From Verrucomicrobiales bacterium (lineage in GTDB: Bacteria > Verrucomicrobiota > Verrucomicrobiia > Verrucomicrobiales > SLCJ01): 38,199 nucleotides of DNA. The translations under genes were made by a program, and so were the position numbers. Shown one piece after another: positions 10,002 through 19,075 of the stretch. The notes under the pieces are model-generated. The model was given only the letters and a program-made list of their open reading frames with translations, made no database searches and was not told where the DNA came from. The stretch spans positions 1 through 38,199 of the forward strand of contig JBJTQJ010000060.1 in the NCBI GenBank assembly GCA_046075565.1. Reading direction: 5' to 3'. Position 1 is the stretch's first letter. Every line of letters starts with the position of its first letter.

Positions 10002-10028
10002 CATCTTTTTGCCCTTCATCTTTTTGCC
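10002..10028 (+). repeat. Short direct repeat CATCTTTTTGCC x2 (15-bp period)
   Basis: CATCTTTTTGCC at 10002-10013 and 10017-10028. Confidence 0.7.
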
Positions 10029-10118
10029 ATAGATTCATTCACGCCTTGTCTACGTGGGCAACGTGAGCCCAACCCCATTTCCCTCAAGACTCTCCACTCA
10101 CGAACTTGAAAAGCCGGG

Positions 10119-11405
10119 TCAGCGCAACGGCTTGAGCAATGCCTTGAGACGTTTGACTTCGTCGGGTTTCTCGGTCGCGAGATTGCGGGTTTCCTTTGGG
10201 TCGGCTTTCAGATCGAAGAGTTCATCGACTCCGGCAATGGTTGCAAATTTCGCCTTCGGTCCTTCCATTTTCACCGGGCCGGGAACGATGAGTTTTGTCC
10301 AACCATCGATGAGAACGCGGGCGGTGAGGCTTTTTTCGGGGGCATCCAGCTCGACAATGTCATGGGTATAGGATTCGATTTCGACGGAATTGCGCTTGGC
10401 CATGGCCTCCTGGTCGCCAAGATCAATACCGGGAAGCGCGGCGGGAACCTCGATACCGGCGGCTTTGAGCATGGTCGGCATCACATCGACAATCGAAGCG
10501 GGGGTGGATTCATCGCGTTTGGGCTCAACCTTGCCAGGCCAACGCACAAAAATGGGCGTGCGGATTCCATTCTCGTAGGGGGTGAGCTTGGCGCGTCCTC
10601 CTTCGTAGCCGTTCAGAGGATCCCATCCGTTGTCGGAAAGGTAAATGATGAGGGTGTTATCCTTGATGCCTTTTTTGTCGAGATAGGCATCGACATCGCC
10701 GCAGGTTTCGTCGAACCACTCGATCATGGCGTAATAGGCTTCGGCATGTTTGGTGGGTCCTTTGCCTTTGTATTTTTTGAGCAGCCGCTCCGGAGGATTG
10801 TGCGGGTCATGCGGCATCATGGGGGCATACCAAATGAAGAACGGCTTTTGTTCGGTCACCGCCATGTCGATGAATTCATGGATCGGTTCCATGCCTTTGC
10901 GCCCGATGACCAGGCCCTCTCCCCCGTGGCGTGATTCCTCCTTGGTCATGCCATGCGTGAAGCCTGCTTCCTTGAAGGATGTATTCCACAGTTTGCCGGT
11001 CTGGAAGGTGAGATAACCCGCCTCGCTCAAGGCCTTGGGGAGAATCATCGGGTTGCGGTGGAGGCGTTCGACCAAGGGATCGCGGTCGGCGCGGGGGTCT
11101 TTCTTCGTGGTGGATGTGCGCAGATCATTGCCGCTGATGCCATGCTTGCTGGGGAGCAAACCGGTGAGCAAGGTCGCCAACGACGGCGAACAAACGGGCA
11201 TGGAATAACCACGGGTATAGAGAAGGCTCTCGCCGGCCATCCGATCGAGATTGGGTGTTTTCACGGCCGCATTGCCCATGAATCCGTAGTGCGAATAGGT
11301 GTGATCATCCGAAAGGATCAAGATGATATTCGGCTTGGTCGCGGCGTTGGCAGCGCTCGATAGGAAGCAGCAGGCGAGCAGCAGTGGAAGAAGTTGGCGA
11401 ATCAT
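10119..11405 (-). CDS. Sulfatase (formylglycine-dependent S1 family), secreted
   Basis: KPNIILILSDD; CSPSLATLLTG signature; GKLW; PHDPH; YLSDNG; ELFDLKADPKETRNLA; signal peptide. Confidence 0.9.
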   Translation of the reverse strand: MIRQLLPLLLACCFLSSAANAATKPNIILILSDDHTYSHYGFMGNAAVKTPNLDRMAGESLLYTRGYSMPVCSPSLATLLTGLLPSKHGISGNDLRTSTTKKDPRADRDPLVERLHRNPMILPKALSEAGYLTFQTGKLWNTSFKEAGFTHGMTKEESRHGGEGLVIGRKGMEPIHEFIDMAVTEQKPFFIWYAPMMPHDPHNPPERLLKKYKGKGPTKHAEAYYAMIEWFDETCGDVDAYLDKKGIKDNTLIIYLSDNGWDPLNGYEGGRAKLTPYENGIRTPIFVRWPGKVEPKRDESTPASIVDVMPTMLKAAGIEVPAALPGIDLGDQEAMAKRNSVEIESYTHDIVELDAPEKSLTARVLIDGWTKLIVPGPVKMEGPKAKFATIAGVDELFDLKADPKETRNLATEKPDEVKRLKALLKPLR

Positions 11406-11455
11406 GGTCGGGATGGTGAATGGATTTTTAGCGTGGCGGGGACTGGTGCGATGGG

Positions 11456-12271
11456 TTATTTGAACTTCGCACCGGTTACAAAAATGAGCGCGTCATGTTT
11501 CAGGGTTTTGTCATACATGCCCCAGCGGAAGGCGGTAGTTCCTTCCGGCCGGGCATAGCTTCCTTTGCCCACCGGTTTGTCATTGAAGAAGACCTCGTAA
11601 TCTTGCCCGTTGTCGCTCACCTTCAAGTCAAAGCTTTTTCCCGTCATGCCCGTGGCCAGAGTCACGCTCTTTTTCGGCCGCCGGTGCAGGAGTGAGATGT
11701 CTCCTTTGTCCGAGAGCCCGATCATGACAGCCCAATCGTTCTCGGAGTTTTTCACCTGGAAGATCGCACAGCCATGGGGTTTGACGATGGTGTAAGTGCC
11801 CTGCCATTCGTGCCAGTCGCCTTTGGTCCAGGAGATGCGGCTGAACGATTCGATCCGGGCGGCGTCGGGCCGGGCGTTGCGCACATTGTGCTCGCCCTCG
11901 AAGAGCCGGAAGATCTGGGTATTCCCATCTTCCTGATACCACCGCGTCCACCGCCTGAACTGGGCGCGCGGAATCACACTATTGGCCAGCGTGTGGATGG
12001 CTATATTTTCCGGGATGGGATTCCCGGCGTTTTGTCCCCGTTCGACGAGTTTGTTGTTCACATTGATTCCCGAGCCGGTCACACCTTCGGTGGAGTTGCG
12101 GCCGATGGGGATCTTTTTCTCCTTGAGCAGATCCGCGAAGGCCGGGTCGGTTCCTTTCTGGGTGTAAAGTGGCGAGTCGGATTTCGCCGTCTGGGCGCTC
12201 AGGGCGGAGGCCAGCCCCAGAGAGAGGCTCATGGCCAGGCAAAAGTTCAATGAACGGGGGCGCGGGGACAT
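11456..12271 (-). CDS. Secreted polysaccharide-lyase-like (PL7-type jelly-roll) protein
   Basis: Signal peptide ending ALSA-Q; R-x-E (ARIES), IFQVK and C-terminal FRWGMY resemble PL7 conserved regions (RxE, QIH, YFKxGxY) but diverge from them. Confidence 0.5.
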   Translation of the reverse strand: MSPRPRSLNFCLAMSLSLGLASALSAQTAKSDSPLYTQKGTDPAFADLLKEKKIPIGRNSTEGVTGSGINVNNKLVERGQNAGNPIPENIAIHTLANSVIPRAQFRRWTRWYQEDGNTQIFRLFEGEHNVRNARPDAARIESFSRISWTKGDWHEWQGTYTIVKPHGCAIFQVKNSENDWAVMIGLSDKGDISLLHRRPKKSVTLATGMTGKSFDLKVSDNGQDYEVFFNDKPVGKGSYARPEGTTAFRWGMYDKTLKHDALIFVTGAKFK

Positions 12272-12371
12272 AAGTGTGGCAAAAAAATACGCACCCTGCC
12301 ATGGCCGCACTTTCACCATTTCCCGATTGCCGGGGGCTTGACTGGTTCCGCTGTGCCGAGTATGGAACGCC

Positions 12372-12695
12372 ATGCCCCGGCTGCTTTTTCTTTGTTCCCG
12401 CAACCGCTGGCGGAGTCCGACGGCGGAGGTCATCTTCGCGGACTGGCCGGGCGTGGAGACGGATTCGGCGGGATTAAGTCCTGATGCGGAGGTGGTTGTT
12501 TCTTCAGAACAAATCGAATGGGCGGACAAAATCCTTGTTATGGAGCCGGAACATCGCGCCCGTCTGAAACGGAAATTCGGGAAGTGGCGGCGGGGCAAGC
12601 CGGTGGTTGTGCTGGGGATACCCGATGAATTCCCTTACATGGATGAAGAACTGGTTCGTTTGCTCCGGGCAAAGTGTGCGCCTCATCTGGGCTGA
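12372..12695 (+). CDS. Low-molecular-weight protein-tyrosine-phosphatase-like protein
   Basis: N-terminal P-loop LFLCSRNRWRSPTAE (CX5R); DSAG; WADKILVME; LGIPD. Confidence 0.85.
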   Translation: MPRLLFLCSRNRWRSPTAEVIFADWPGVETDSAGLSPDAEVVVSSEQIEWADKILVMEPEHRARLKRKFGKWRRGKPVVVLGIPDEFPYMDEELVRLLRAKCAPHLG

Positions 12696-12790
12696 GTCCC
12701 GCCCAGCCCTTGGCGAGAGAAGAGGTCGGATTTCACGAAACACGACATTTGGTCCTTGAACCGGAGGCTTGTCTTGGTTAGGGATGGGGC

Positions 12791-13357
12791 ATGTCCGCCT
12801 CGCGACGAGAACAAATGCTGGAAGCTGGGGAAAAACTTTTCCTCGAACGGGGATACGCTGCCGTGGGCTTGCGTGAGTTGTTGGAGGTGGTGGGTGTATC
12901 GAAGGGGGCGTTTTACCATTTCTTCCCGACCAAGGAAGCATTTGCCGTGGCCGTGCTGGAAAATCACCTGCAAGCCCGGCTGGCCCGGCTCGAATCCACG
13001 TTGGCGGGAGATATCGGCCTCCGCGAGTTGCTGGGCTGGTTGGACGCCGAGGCGGCAGCGCAAATCTCGAATTCCCATGTTCCACCTTGCCTGGTGCGCC
13101 GGATGGGAGCGGACCTAGGAGCCGGGATGCCCGCCGAACCGGTGGCCCGGGCCCTCGCTGCAATCACCGATACCCTCGCAGAGGCCATCAAGCGCGGCCA
13201 GGAGTCCGGCGGGCTCTATCGGGAATTGGATGCCCGCTCCGCCGCCGTGCATGTGCTCGATGTCTGGCACGGTGCCGCCGACCGCGCGCGAGTCGAGGCG
13301 AAAGACGATGCTCTCAAGGCCGCCCGCGCCCATGTCGAGGCCTGGTTGAAACCCTGA
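12791..13357 (+). CDS. TetR/AcrR family transcriptional regulator
   Basis: N-terminal HTH: GYAAVGLRELLEVVGVSKGAFYHFFPTKE. Confidence 0.9.
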   Translation: MSASRREQMLEAGEKLFLERGYAAVGLRELLEVVGVSKGAFYHFFPTKEAFAVAVLENHLQARLARLESTLAGDIGLRELLGWLDAEAAAQISNSHVPPCLVRRMGADLGAGMPAEPVARALAAITDTLAEAIKRGQESGGLYRELDARSAAVHVLDVWHGAADRARVEAKDDALKAARAHVEAWLKP

Positions 13358-13412
13358 TGGCAAAGACCGTGCTTGCGGGTCCGCCGAAATTCGGGAAGTT
13401 CGGGAAGAAATT

Positions 13413-14357
13413 TTGATCGATCCCGCAACCATCACCCGGGCCGTTTTGCCCGTTTACCTGATCATTCTTATCGGGATGGTGATTCGTCGCACCCGGTTGC
13501 TGCCTTCCGCAGCCGACGCCCCGCTGACTTCCCTGGGCATGCGGGTTCTTTCGCCGTGCCTCATCCTCGACAACATGCTCGGCAATCCCGCGCTCCGCGA
13601 CGAGGGCACGGTGGTTTGGTCCATCGGCATGGGCGCGTTCGGCATCGCCCTCGGGTTCGCGGTCAGCCTGCTCTGGGGTCGGGCCGCCGGTTTACAAAAG
13701 GGTTCCGGACTCCGCACCTTCGCGCTGGCGACGGGGCTGCAAAACTACGGGTTCATCGCCATTCCCGTGCTGGTGGCGGTTTTTCCCGGCCAAGGACCCA
13801 TGGGTGTGCTTTTCGTGCACAACCTCGGAGTCGAACTCGCCATGTGGAGCCTCGGTCTCATGGTGCTCAGCGGAAGCTGGGGCGGCTTCTGGAAACACCT
13901 GGTCAATGGACCCATCCTCGCGGTTTTCGCCGGGCTTATCCTCGTGAAAACCGGAACCGATGTCCATGTCCCCGCCGTGCTGAGGAAAGCCTTTCACGAT
14001 CTCGGGTTGGCCGCCGTGCCGGTGTGGTTGTTGCTGGTGGGCACGACCATGGCCGATCTGATGTTCGCCGAACGCCCTACGTTACGTGTCGCCCTGAATT
14101 CCGTTCTCGTCCGGCTGGGGGTGCTGGGTTTTCTTCTGCTCGCCCTCGCCAAATGGCTACCCGTTTCGCGTGAGCTGAAACAGGTGCTTGTCGTGCAGGC
14201 GGCCATGCCCTCGGCGGTTTTTCCCATCGTGTTAGCCCGCAACTTCGGGGGCTCGCCTGCGGTCGCCATTCAGATTACGGTTGCCACGGCAGCGGTGGCC
14301 ATTTTCACCATCCCGCTCGTCGTCGCCTGGGGCGCACGCTGGGTTTTCGGTCCGTAG
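13413..14357 (+). CDS. AEC (auxin efflux carrier) family transporter
   Basis: About 10 hydrophobic segments; NYGFIAIP, NGP and QAAMPSAVFPIVLA motifs; TTG start. Confidence 0.85.
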   Translation: MIDPATITRAVLPVYLIILIGMVIRRTRLLPSAADAPLTSLGMRVLSPCLILDNMLGNPALRDEGTVVWSIGMGAFGIALGFAVSLLWGRAAGLQKGSGLRTFALATGLQNYGFIAIPVLVAVFPGQGPMGVLFVHNLGVELAMWSLGLMVLSGSWGGFWKHLVNGPILAVFAGLILVKTGTDVHVPAVLRKAFHDLGLAAVPVWLLLVGTTMADLMFAERPTLRVALNSVLVRLGVLGFLLLALAKWLPVSRELKQVLVVQAAMPSAVFPIVLARNFGGSPAVAIQITVATAAVAIFTIPLVVAWGARWVFGP

Positions 14358-14381
14358 AGGGAAGCGTAGATTTGCCGGCTA

Positions 14382-14834
14382 TCAACTGCTCGCTGTCTGG
14401 TGCGGTGGATTTTTCAGCGGGCGGAAGAGCACTTCCGGTTCGGTAAAATTCCAGCCTTCGGCATTCAATAGGTCCAGGGTCATCGGATCATGGAGCACAC
14501 GAACGGCCCGGGAAAACATCTCCGCCGGAAGATGCATGTTGCCGATTTTCCATGCGATTTCGGCACCTAGCTCCGGAGTGTCGAATGGAATCTCATAGAC
14601 CTTTTCCATCAACTGGCACACGATGTAATCACGCCCGCCAGCGTGGTGCACAACTCCGCCATCGGGCAGACGGCTCTCCAAATCGAATTGGAAACTTGTG
14701 CCGTCTGGAGCCACGACTTCCCATTTCCTTTTCAGAAACATCCGGCGGTGCACACCGATCACAACACGAGCCTCCGGCGGCAACGATGATGCCTCGGCCA
14801 AAGCGCGGCGCACGGTCACTGCCCCCGCATCCAT
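14382..14834 (-). CDS. ureE: Urease accessory protein UreE-like nickel chaperone
   Basis: AWKIGNMHLP matches the UreE GNxH metal site; N-terminal KRKWEVVAPDGT...LPDG; no His-rich tail. Confidence 0.75.
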   Translation of the reverse strand: MDAGAVTVRRALAEASSLPPEARVVIGVHRRMFLKRKWEVVAPDGTSFQFDLESRLPDGGVVHHAGGRDYIVCQLMEKVYEIPFDTPELGAEIAWKIGNMHLPAEMFSRAVRVLHDPMTLDLLNAEGWNFTEPEVLFRPLKNPPHQTASS

Positions 14835-14837
14835 GGA

Positions 14838-15470
14838 TCAGGCGGCGGCTTGCCAGAGGAAAAACGCACCCGCTGCGGTCAAGGCACCACCGGCAAGTCG
14901 GCGCAAGGGCCGGGAACGGTCAACCAGCACACGCAGCCCGGCTCCGGAGGCGAGAATCGCCACTGTCGAGAGGACAAATCCCACGCCGAAGATCAGCGCG
15001 GCGCTACCACCAGGGCCTTCCGATCCATGGGCCGAGCCATGCACGAAGCCGATCGCCATGAGCACCGGCACAAACCAGCCGGCGCGCGCGACATGACCGG
15101 AAGCGATGAACAATCCGAGGGCGATCACACTGATACCCAGCGCGGCCTCCAATCCCGGAATCACGAAACCAGCCCGCCCCGCCACACTCCCGGCGATGAG
15201 CGCGATAATGAACGTGGTGGCAGCAGGTGTTCCGCGGGTTTTGCCGAGCATCGCACAAACCCAACCCACCGCCAACGCGGCCAAGAGGTGATCAAGGCCG
15301 GTGACCGGATGTTTGAGACCTTCAACTAGAGAAGAAGTGGCGGCAAACTCGTCGCCTTCGTCAGGATGATGATGACCAGGGTGGGCGGACAGCACAGCGG
15401 GCATCGCCAAAAGGAAAAGAGCCATCAAAGTCACCGAGAGACTACGGAAAGAGAAGTTGGAATGGTTCAT
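14838..15470 (-). CDS. HupE/UreJ family nickel/cobalt transporter
   Basis: Signal ending LSA-HPGH; GLKHPVTGLDHLLA; GFVHGSAHGSE; multiple TM helices. Confidence 0.9.
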   Translation of the reverse strand: MNHSNFSFRSLSVTLMALFLLAMPAVLSAHPGHHHPDEGDEFAATSSLVEGLKHPVTGLDHLLAALAVGWVCAMLGKTRGTPAATTFIIALIAGSVAGRAGFVIPGLEAALGISVIALGLFIASGHVARAGWFVPVLMAIGFVHGSAHGSEGPGGSAALIFGVGFVLSTVAILASGAGLRVLVDRSRPLRRLAGGALTAAGAFFLWQAAA

Positions 15471-15653
15471 GACTTGAAAATGCTGGAACAACGCACTTCC
15501 AACTCTATAAAGAATTTTGGTTTCTCCGACAAGGGAATTCTTCTGGGAAGTGACGAAAAATAGAAAGGCGGAACCGCTGCTCCCCGAGAATCCTGCCAAT
15601 TCATGGCCGCGGCAAGGGGTCGCCGTGGCCGGGCGCTGCCCATAGGTTTACTT

Positions 15654-17390
15654 TCAGGGCCTCGGGCGGGGTCGCCAGTGAAGCAAGATTCCGAGAAGGG
15701 CGGCGAACCCGCAGGCGAAAGAGAAAACATCACCGAAACGGGTGTGGAACGTCAATGGCGGATTCTTGTCGAGTTCGACATCGGCGATCAAGGTTCCAGC
15801 GATCTGGGGAGAACCCGATTTCGTGTCGATGATTTCTGCGCGGACCACACCCGTGCGATCGATCACGCCGCTCCAACCGGTATTGGCGGCACGCACCATG
15901 GGACGGCGGGTTTCGATACAGCGCAGGCGGGCATTGGCGGCGTGTTGGAGGGCGGCAGCGGGATCGGCAAACCATCCGTCGTTGGTGGTATTGACGATCA
16001 CCTGCCTGCGCCCGGAGCGCACGAACAACCGCGTGTGCCGACCAAGTGTGTCTTCGAAACAGATCGCGGGAAGAATCTCCACTTCCCCGGCGCGGGTTCG
16101 CACGACCAAGGGTTCGGTTGAATCACCGGGGGTGAAATCCCCGGGCACGGCTTCGCCGGCGAGCCATTCCATGGGCGGGAACCAGCGCAGGGGCAGATAC
16201 TCGCCGAAGGGCACGAGATTGCGTTTGCGGTAGGTGATGGGATCCGCCTCTCCCGAGAGCACGGCAATGGTGTTGAACATTTTCGGGGTCTCGCCGATTT
16301 CGGCGTCGTTGATGCCCGTGACGATGGCCGTATTCCCGCCTGCGATATCCCGCATGGCGGTGCGGAATTCATCCACCACCGGCTCATAAAGATAAAAGGG
16401 CAAGGCGCTCTCCGGCATGAGAATCCATTCCACAGGGGCCAGATTGATTTGGATTTCGCCTTCGGCCGCGAGAGCCGCCTCGACGCGTTTCTGCCGTTCG
16501 GATTCGTTCTCCTCGAAAGCGCGGGCAGCGGCATCGAGGTATCCGCGCACATGATCAAGAGCGAGCGCGGGATCCCATTTCAAATCCTGCGGGATATTCC
16601 TTTGCAGGATAAGAACCTGCATCTTTTCAGCATTCTCGGGTGGGCGCAGGCCGACCAGGCGGGCGGCTCCGAAGAGGAACCAGATCACCACGAGCGCCAT
16701 GGTGGCGGTGAAGTCGAGATTCAGCCCCGCTTTCGCCTGTCCCTTGCGCACCCGCTGGTGGATGCGCATGGCGGCCGAGTAGAGGCCGATGGAGAGAAAA
16801 ACGGGCAAGAAAGAAAGCCCGCTCGCGCCGGTGATTTCGGCCATCTGGACCATGGCGGCATTTGCTTGCATGGGCACACCGAGGCCATTCCAACCGAATC
16901 CACCAAGAAACCATCCGCGAAACCATTCGAGGAATACCCAGGCGGCGGCATTGATGGCGGCGGCCCGAAGACCGGCAGCGGCGGGAGAGAAGCGGTTCTC
17001 CACTTCTTCGACCTTGGCCAGACGCCCGACGGTCGCGGCAAAGAGCGACCACAAACCGGTGAAACAAGCGAGATAAGCCGGCAACAGAACCCAGCCGAGC
17101 AAGCTCAGATTTCCGGCCGCATGGATGTCGCGCAACCATCGCAGGACGAGGAAATGGCAGGCAAAACCGGCGAGCCACCCCAGCGCAAAGGCGCGGCCGG
17201 GAGTCACTCGCGCGGCGGGCCCCCAGAGCGCGGCAAGCAAAGGGAATATCCAGAACCACACCATGGCGGGCACATCCCAGTCGGGATACGCGAGCGACAG
17301 AAGCAATCCTGAAGCAACGGCGGCGAGCCATGGCCAACGCGGAAAACGGGCCGACAACGGTATCTCGGGCGATGGCGAATCCGAATTCAT
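15654..17390 (-). CDS. lnt: Apolipoprotein N-acyltransferase
   Basis: TM N-terminus; EWFRGWFLGGFGW; Q-NIPQDLKW; nitrilase triad motifs PES, YRKRNLVPFGEY and ICFED; NDGWF; RAANTG. Confidence 0.93.
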   Translation of the reverse strand: MNSDSPSPEIPLSARFPRWPWLAAVASGLLLSLAYPDWDVPAMVWFWIFPLLAALWGPAARVTPGRAFALGWLAGFACHFLVLRWLRDIHAAGNLSLLGWVLLPAYLACFTGLWSLFAATVGRLAKVEEVENRFSPAAAGLRAAAINAAAWVFLEWFRGWFLGGFGWNGLGVPMQANAAMVQMAEITGASGLSFLPVFLSIGLYSAAMRIHQRVRKGQAKAGLNLDFTATMALVVIWFLFGAARLVGLRPPENAEKMQVLILQRNIPQDLKWDPALALDHVRGYLDAAARAFEENESERQKRVEAALAAEGEIQINLAPVEWILMPESALPFYLYEPVVDEFRTAMRDIAGGNTAIVTGINDAEIGETPKMFNTIAVLSGEADPITYRKRNLVPFGEYLPLRWFPPMEWLAGEAVPGDFTPGDSTEPLVVRTRAGEVEILPAICFEDTLGRHTRLFVRSGRRQVIVNTTNDGWFADPAAALQHAANARLRCIETRRPMVRAANTGWSGVIDRTGVVRAEIIDTKSGSPQIAGTLIADVELDKNPPLTFHTRFGDVFSFACGFAALLGILLHWRPRPRP

Positions 17391-17483
17391 GATCTGGCGG
17401 CGGAACGAGACATCCACGCCGCGTGGATAGGTCCCATGTTTCTTCCATCGTGCAACCGGAAAGAGCAATCCATTTTCCGGATC

Positions 17484-18083
17484 TCAGGCGAACCCGAACA
17501 TTTCCGCCCATTGGCTGTAAACCCCCGGATCGATCGAGGTGGATGCGATGCCCGGAAGTTCCTCGACCGCGACCCCGAGGAGTTTCGCGATGGCGGCTTC
17601 GGCGAGAATGGCCGTGCGGTTGCCGGTTTTGGTGGAGAACCCCCAGAGCACGTGCAGACGTTTCCCGTGCTCGGGCGGCAAAGGAGTATATAGGCGGTAG
17701 TTGCGAAGGTCGGTCTCCGGATCGGGCAACAGGAACGTGCTCATCATGGCGCCTTCCGCGTCCCCGATCTCGGGGGAGTGGGCAAGCACCTGCAGTTTCA
17801 TCCATCCCTTGAGTAAACGCAGGGATTCGGATCGCGGAATATCGGAAATCGAAGTGACCTTGACGGCAATGATAACGGTCTCCCGGTTTTCCTTGTCACG
17901 GTGTTCGAAAAAGGGAAGCCCTTGTTCGTTGAACCGGAGCCAGGGCAACTGCCCACCGAAACACTCGATCACATGTTTCTGGAATGCGGTGGACGCATAG
18001 GTCAGACGCAGCGATGGCGGACGGAGCCCCGACTCCTGGAGGAGTTGGTAACGCTGGGTATTGATGGAAACGCGTTCACCCAT
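17484..18083 (-). CDS. Hypothetical protein (intact member of a tandem paralogue pair)
   Basis: 199-aa ORF; aligns by eye with the split ORFs at 18343-18967 (LLKGW, LLPDP, YRLY, RLHVLWG). Confidence 0.7.
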   Translation of the reverse strand: MGERVSINTQRYQLLQESGLRPPSLRLTYASTAFQKHVIECFGGQLPWLRFNEQGLPFFEHRDKENRETVIIAVKVTSISDIPRSESLRLLKGWMKLQVLAHSPEIGDAEGAMMSTFLLPDPETDLRNYRLYTPLPPEHGKRLHVLWGFSTKTGNRTAILAEAAIAKLLGVAVEELPGIASTSIDPGVYSQWAEMFGFA

Positions 18084-18156
18084 GGTCTAGCTCACCTTTC
18101 CTAGCCTCATTACGCCTGTCTGGCCATCATTTCCTTCGTTTGAAATAAAACAAGCA

Positions 18157-18967
18157 TTATGGATTTTGGAAAACGGCCCGCTTCTCGGGACCGAGATGGA
18201 TATTCTGGGGCATGGGTGCGACCGGCACCCGCGAACCAAAGAAGTTTTCCCACTCATGCATCACCATGGCGATGGCGATCGCCGTGAGCAGAATAGCCAA
18301 GGGCCGCAGCCAAACCGAAGCGTCGCGCCCAAAGGCGACGGTTTAGGGCAAATGGTGTCCATTTTCTTGCGGCGGAGATGCCTCCGCCTCGTCCCGGGCA
18401 GCCCCCTTGAAGCTCACCGCGGTAGCGACGGGCCGGACCGTCTGCGCGGAGGTGGTTAAACCGATGCGCACCAGTTCACAAACGCGCGAGGTCGGGAGAG
18501 ACTGCTGTCTGGAATCCTTGGCCACCGTTCCCCAGAGCACATGCAACCGGGGCACCCCATTCACATTGAGATAAATCCTGTAACAATTCGTCCGGGTAAC
18601 CGGATCGGGAACCAGGAGGTTGCGCAGGAAGACACCGAGAATGGGATCGGGATTGTCCTGTGCCTGCAATCGCAAGGTATCCCAACCTTTGATGAAACGA
18701 CGCGCCTCGTGGTCCGGCCAAGCCTCGCCGGGCTCCAACGCGGGACAATGACAACGTCTCGCGGCTTTCCTCGTCGAAGTTCTCATACCACACCTTCCCT
18801 TCCTCATCCTGCCGGATGCGAGGCATCAAATCTCCGAACGCGGAGTGCAGCGCATCCTGAACCTTCGCGGAAAGCGCCGTCAACCGGTGCTCGGGGGAAC
18901 GGAATCCCGCTTCCTCAAGCACATTGTTTTTCGCAAATCGATGTTGATTCTTCCGAACATCCGGCAC
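18157..18967 (-). pseudogene. Disrupted paralogue of 17484-18083 with a C-terminal TM helix (frameshift near 18730-18760, in-frame TAA at 18343-18345)
   Basis: Homology switches from ORF 18476-18967 (VLEEAGFRSPEHRLT...ESRET) to ORF 18343-18807 (RRFIKGW...LVPDP...RLHVLWG). The same frame continues past TAA into VWLRPLAILLTAIAIAMVM and ends at TAA 18157. Confidence 0.65.
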
Positions 18968-19075
18968 AACTCTGCTAATTGGTTAAGCATTCCACATACG
19001 GCGGTGAAATTCCATCGCCAATTCCTCGCGCGTCGTCGTTTCTTCATCGCGGATTCGCAAATCCGCGCCAAAAAA

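Noticed and set aside
13358-13372. Sigma-54-like TGGCAAAGACCGTGC before the AEC transporter
   Set aside because: GG/GC spacing is right, but several mismatches make it plausible by chance in GC-rich DNA.
15471-15653. Cobalamin or NiCo riboswitch upstream of hupE/ureJ
   Set aside because: No B12-box or other recognisable conserved elements; only a GC-rich hairpin (about 15605-15630) that may terminate lnt.
18730-18760. Programmed ribosomal frameshift in the split paralogue
   Set aside because: No slippery heptamer or homopolymer run, and a further in-frame stop downstream favours decay or error.
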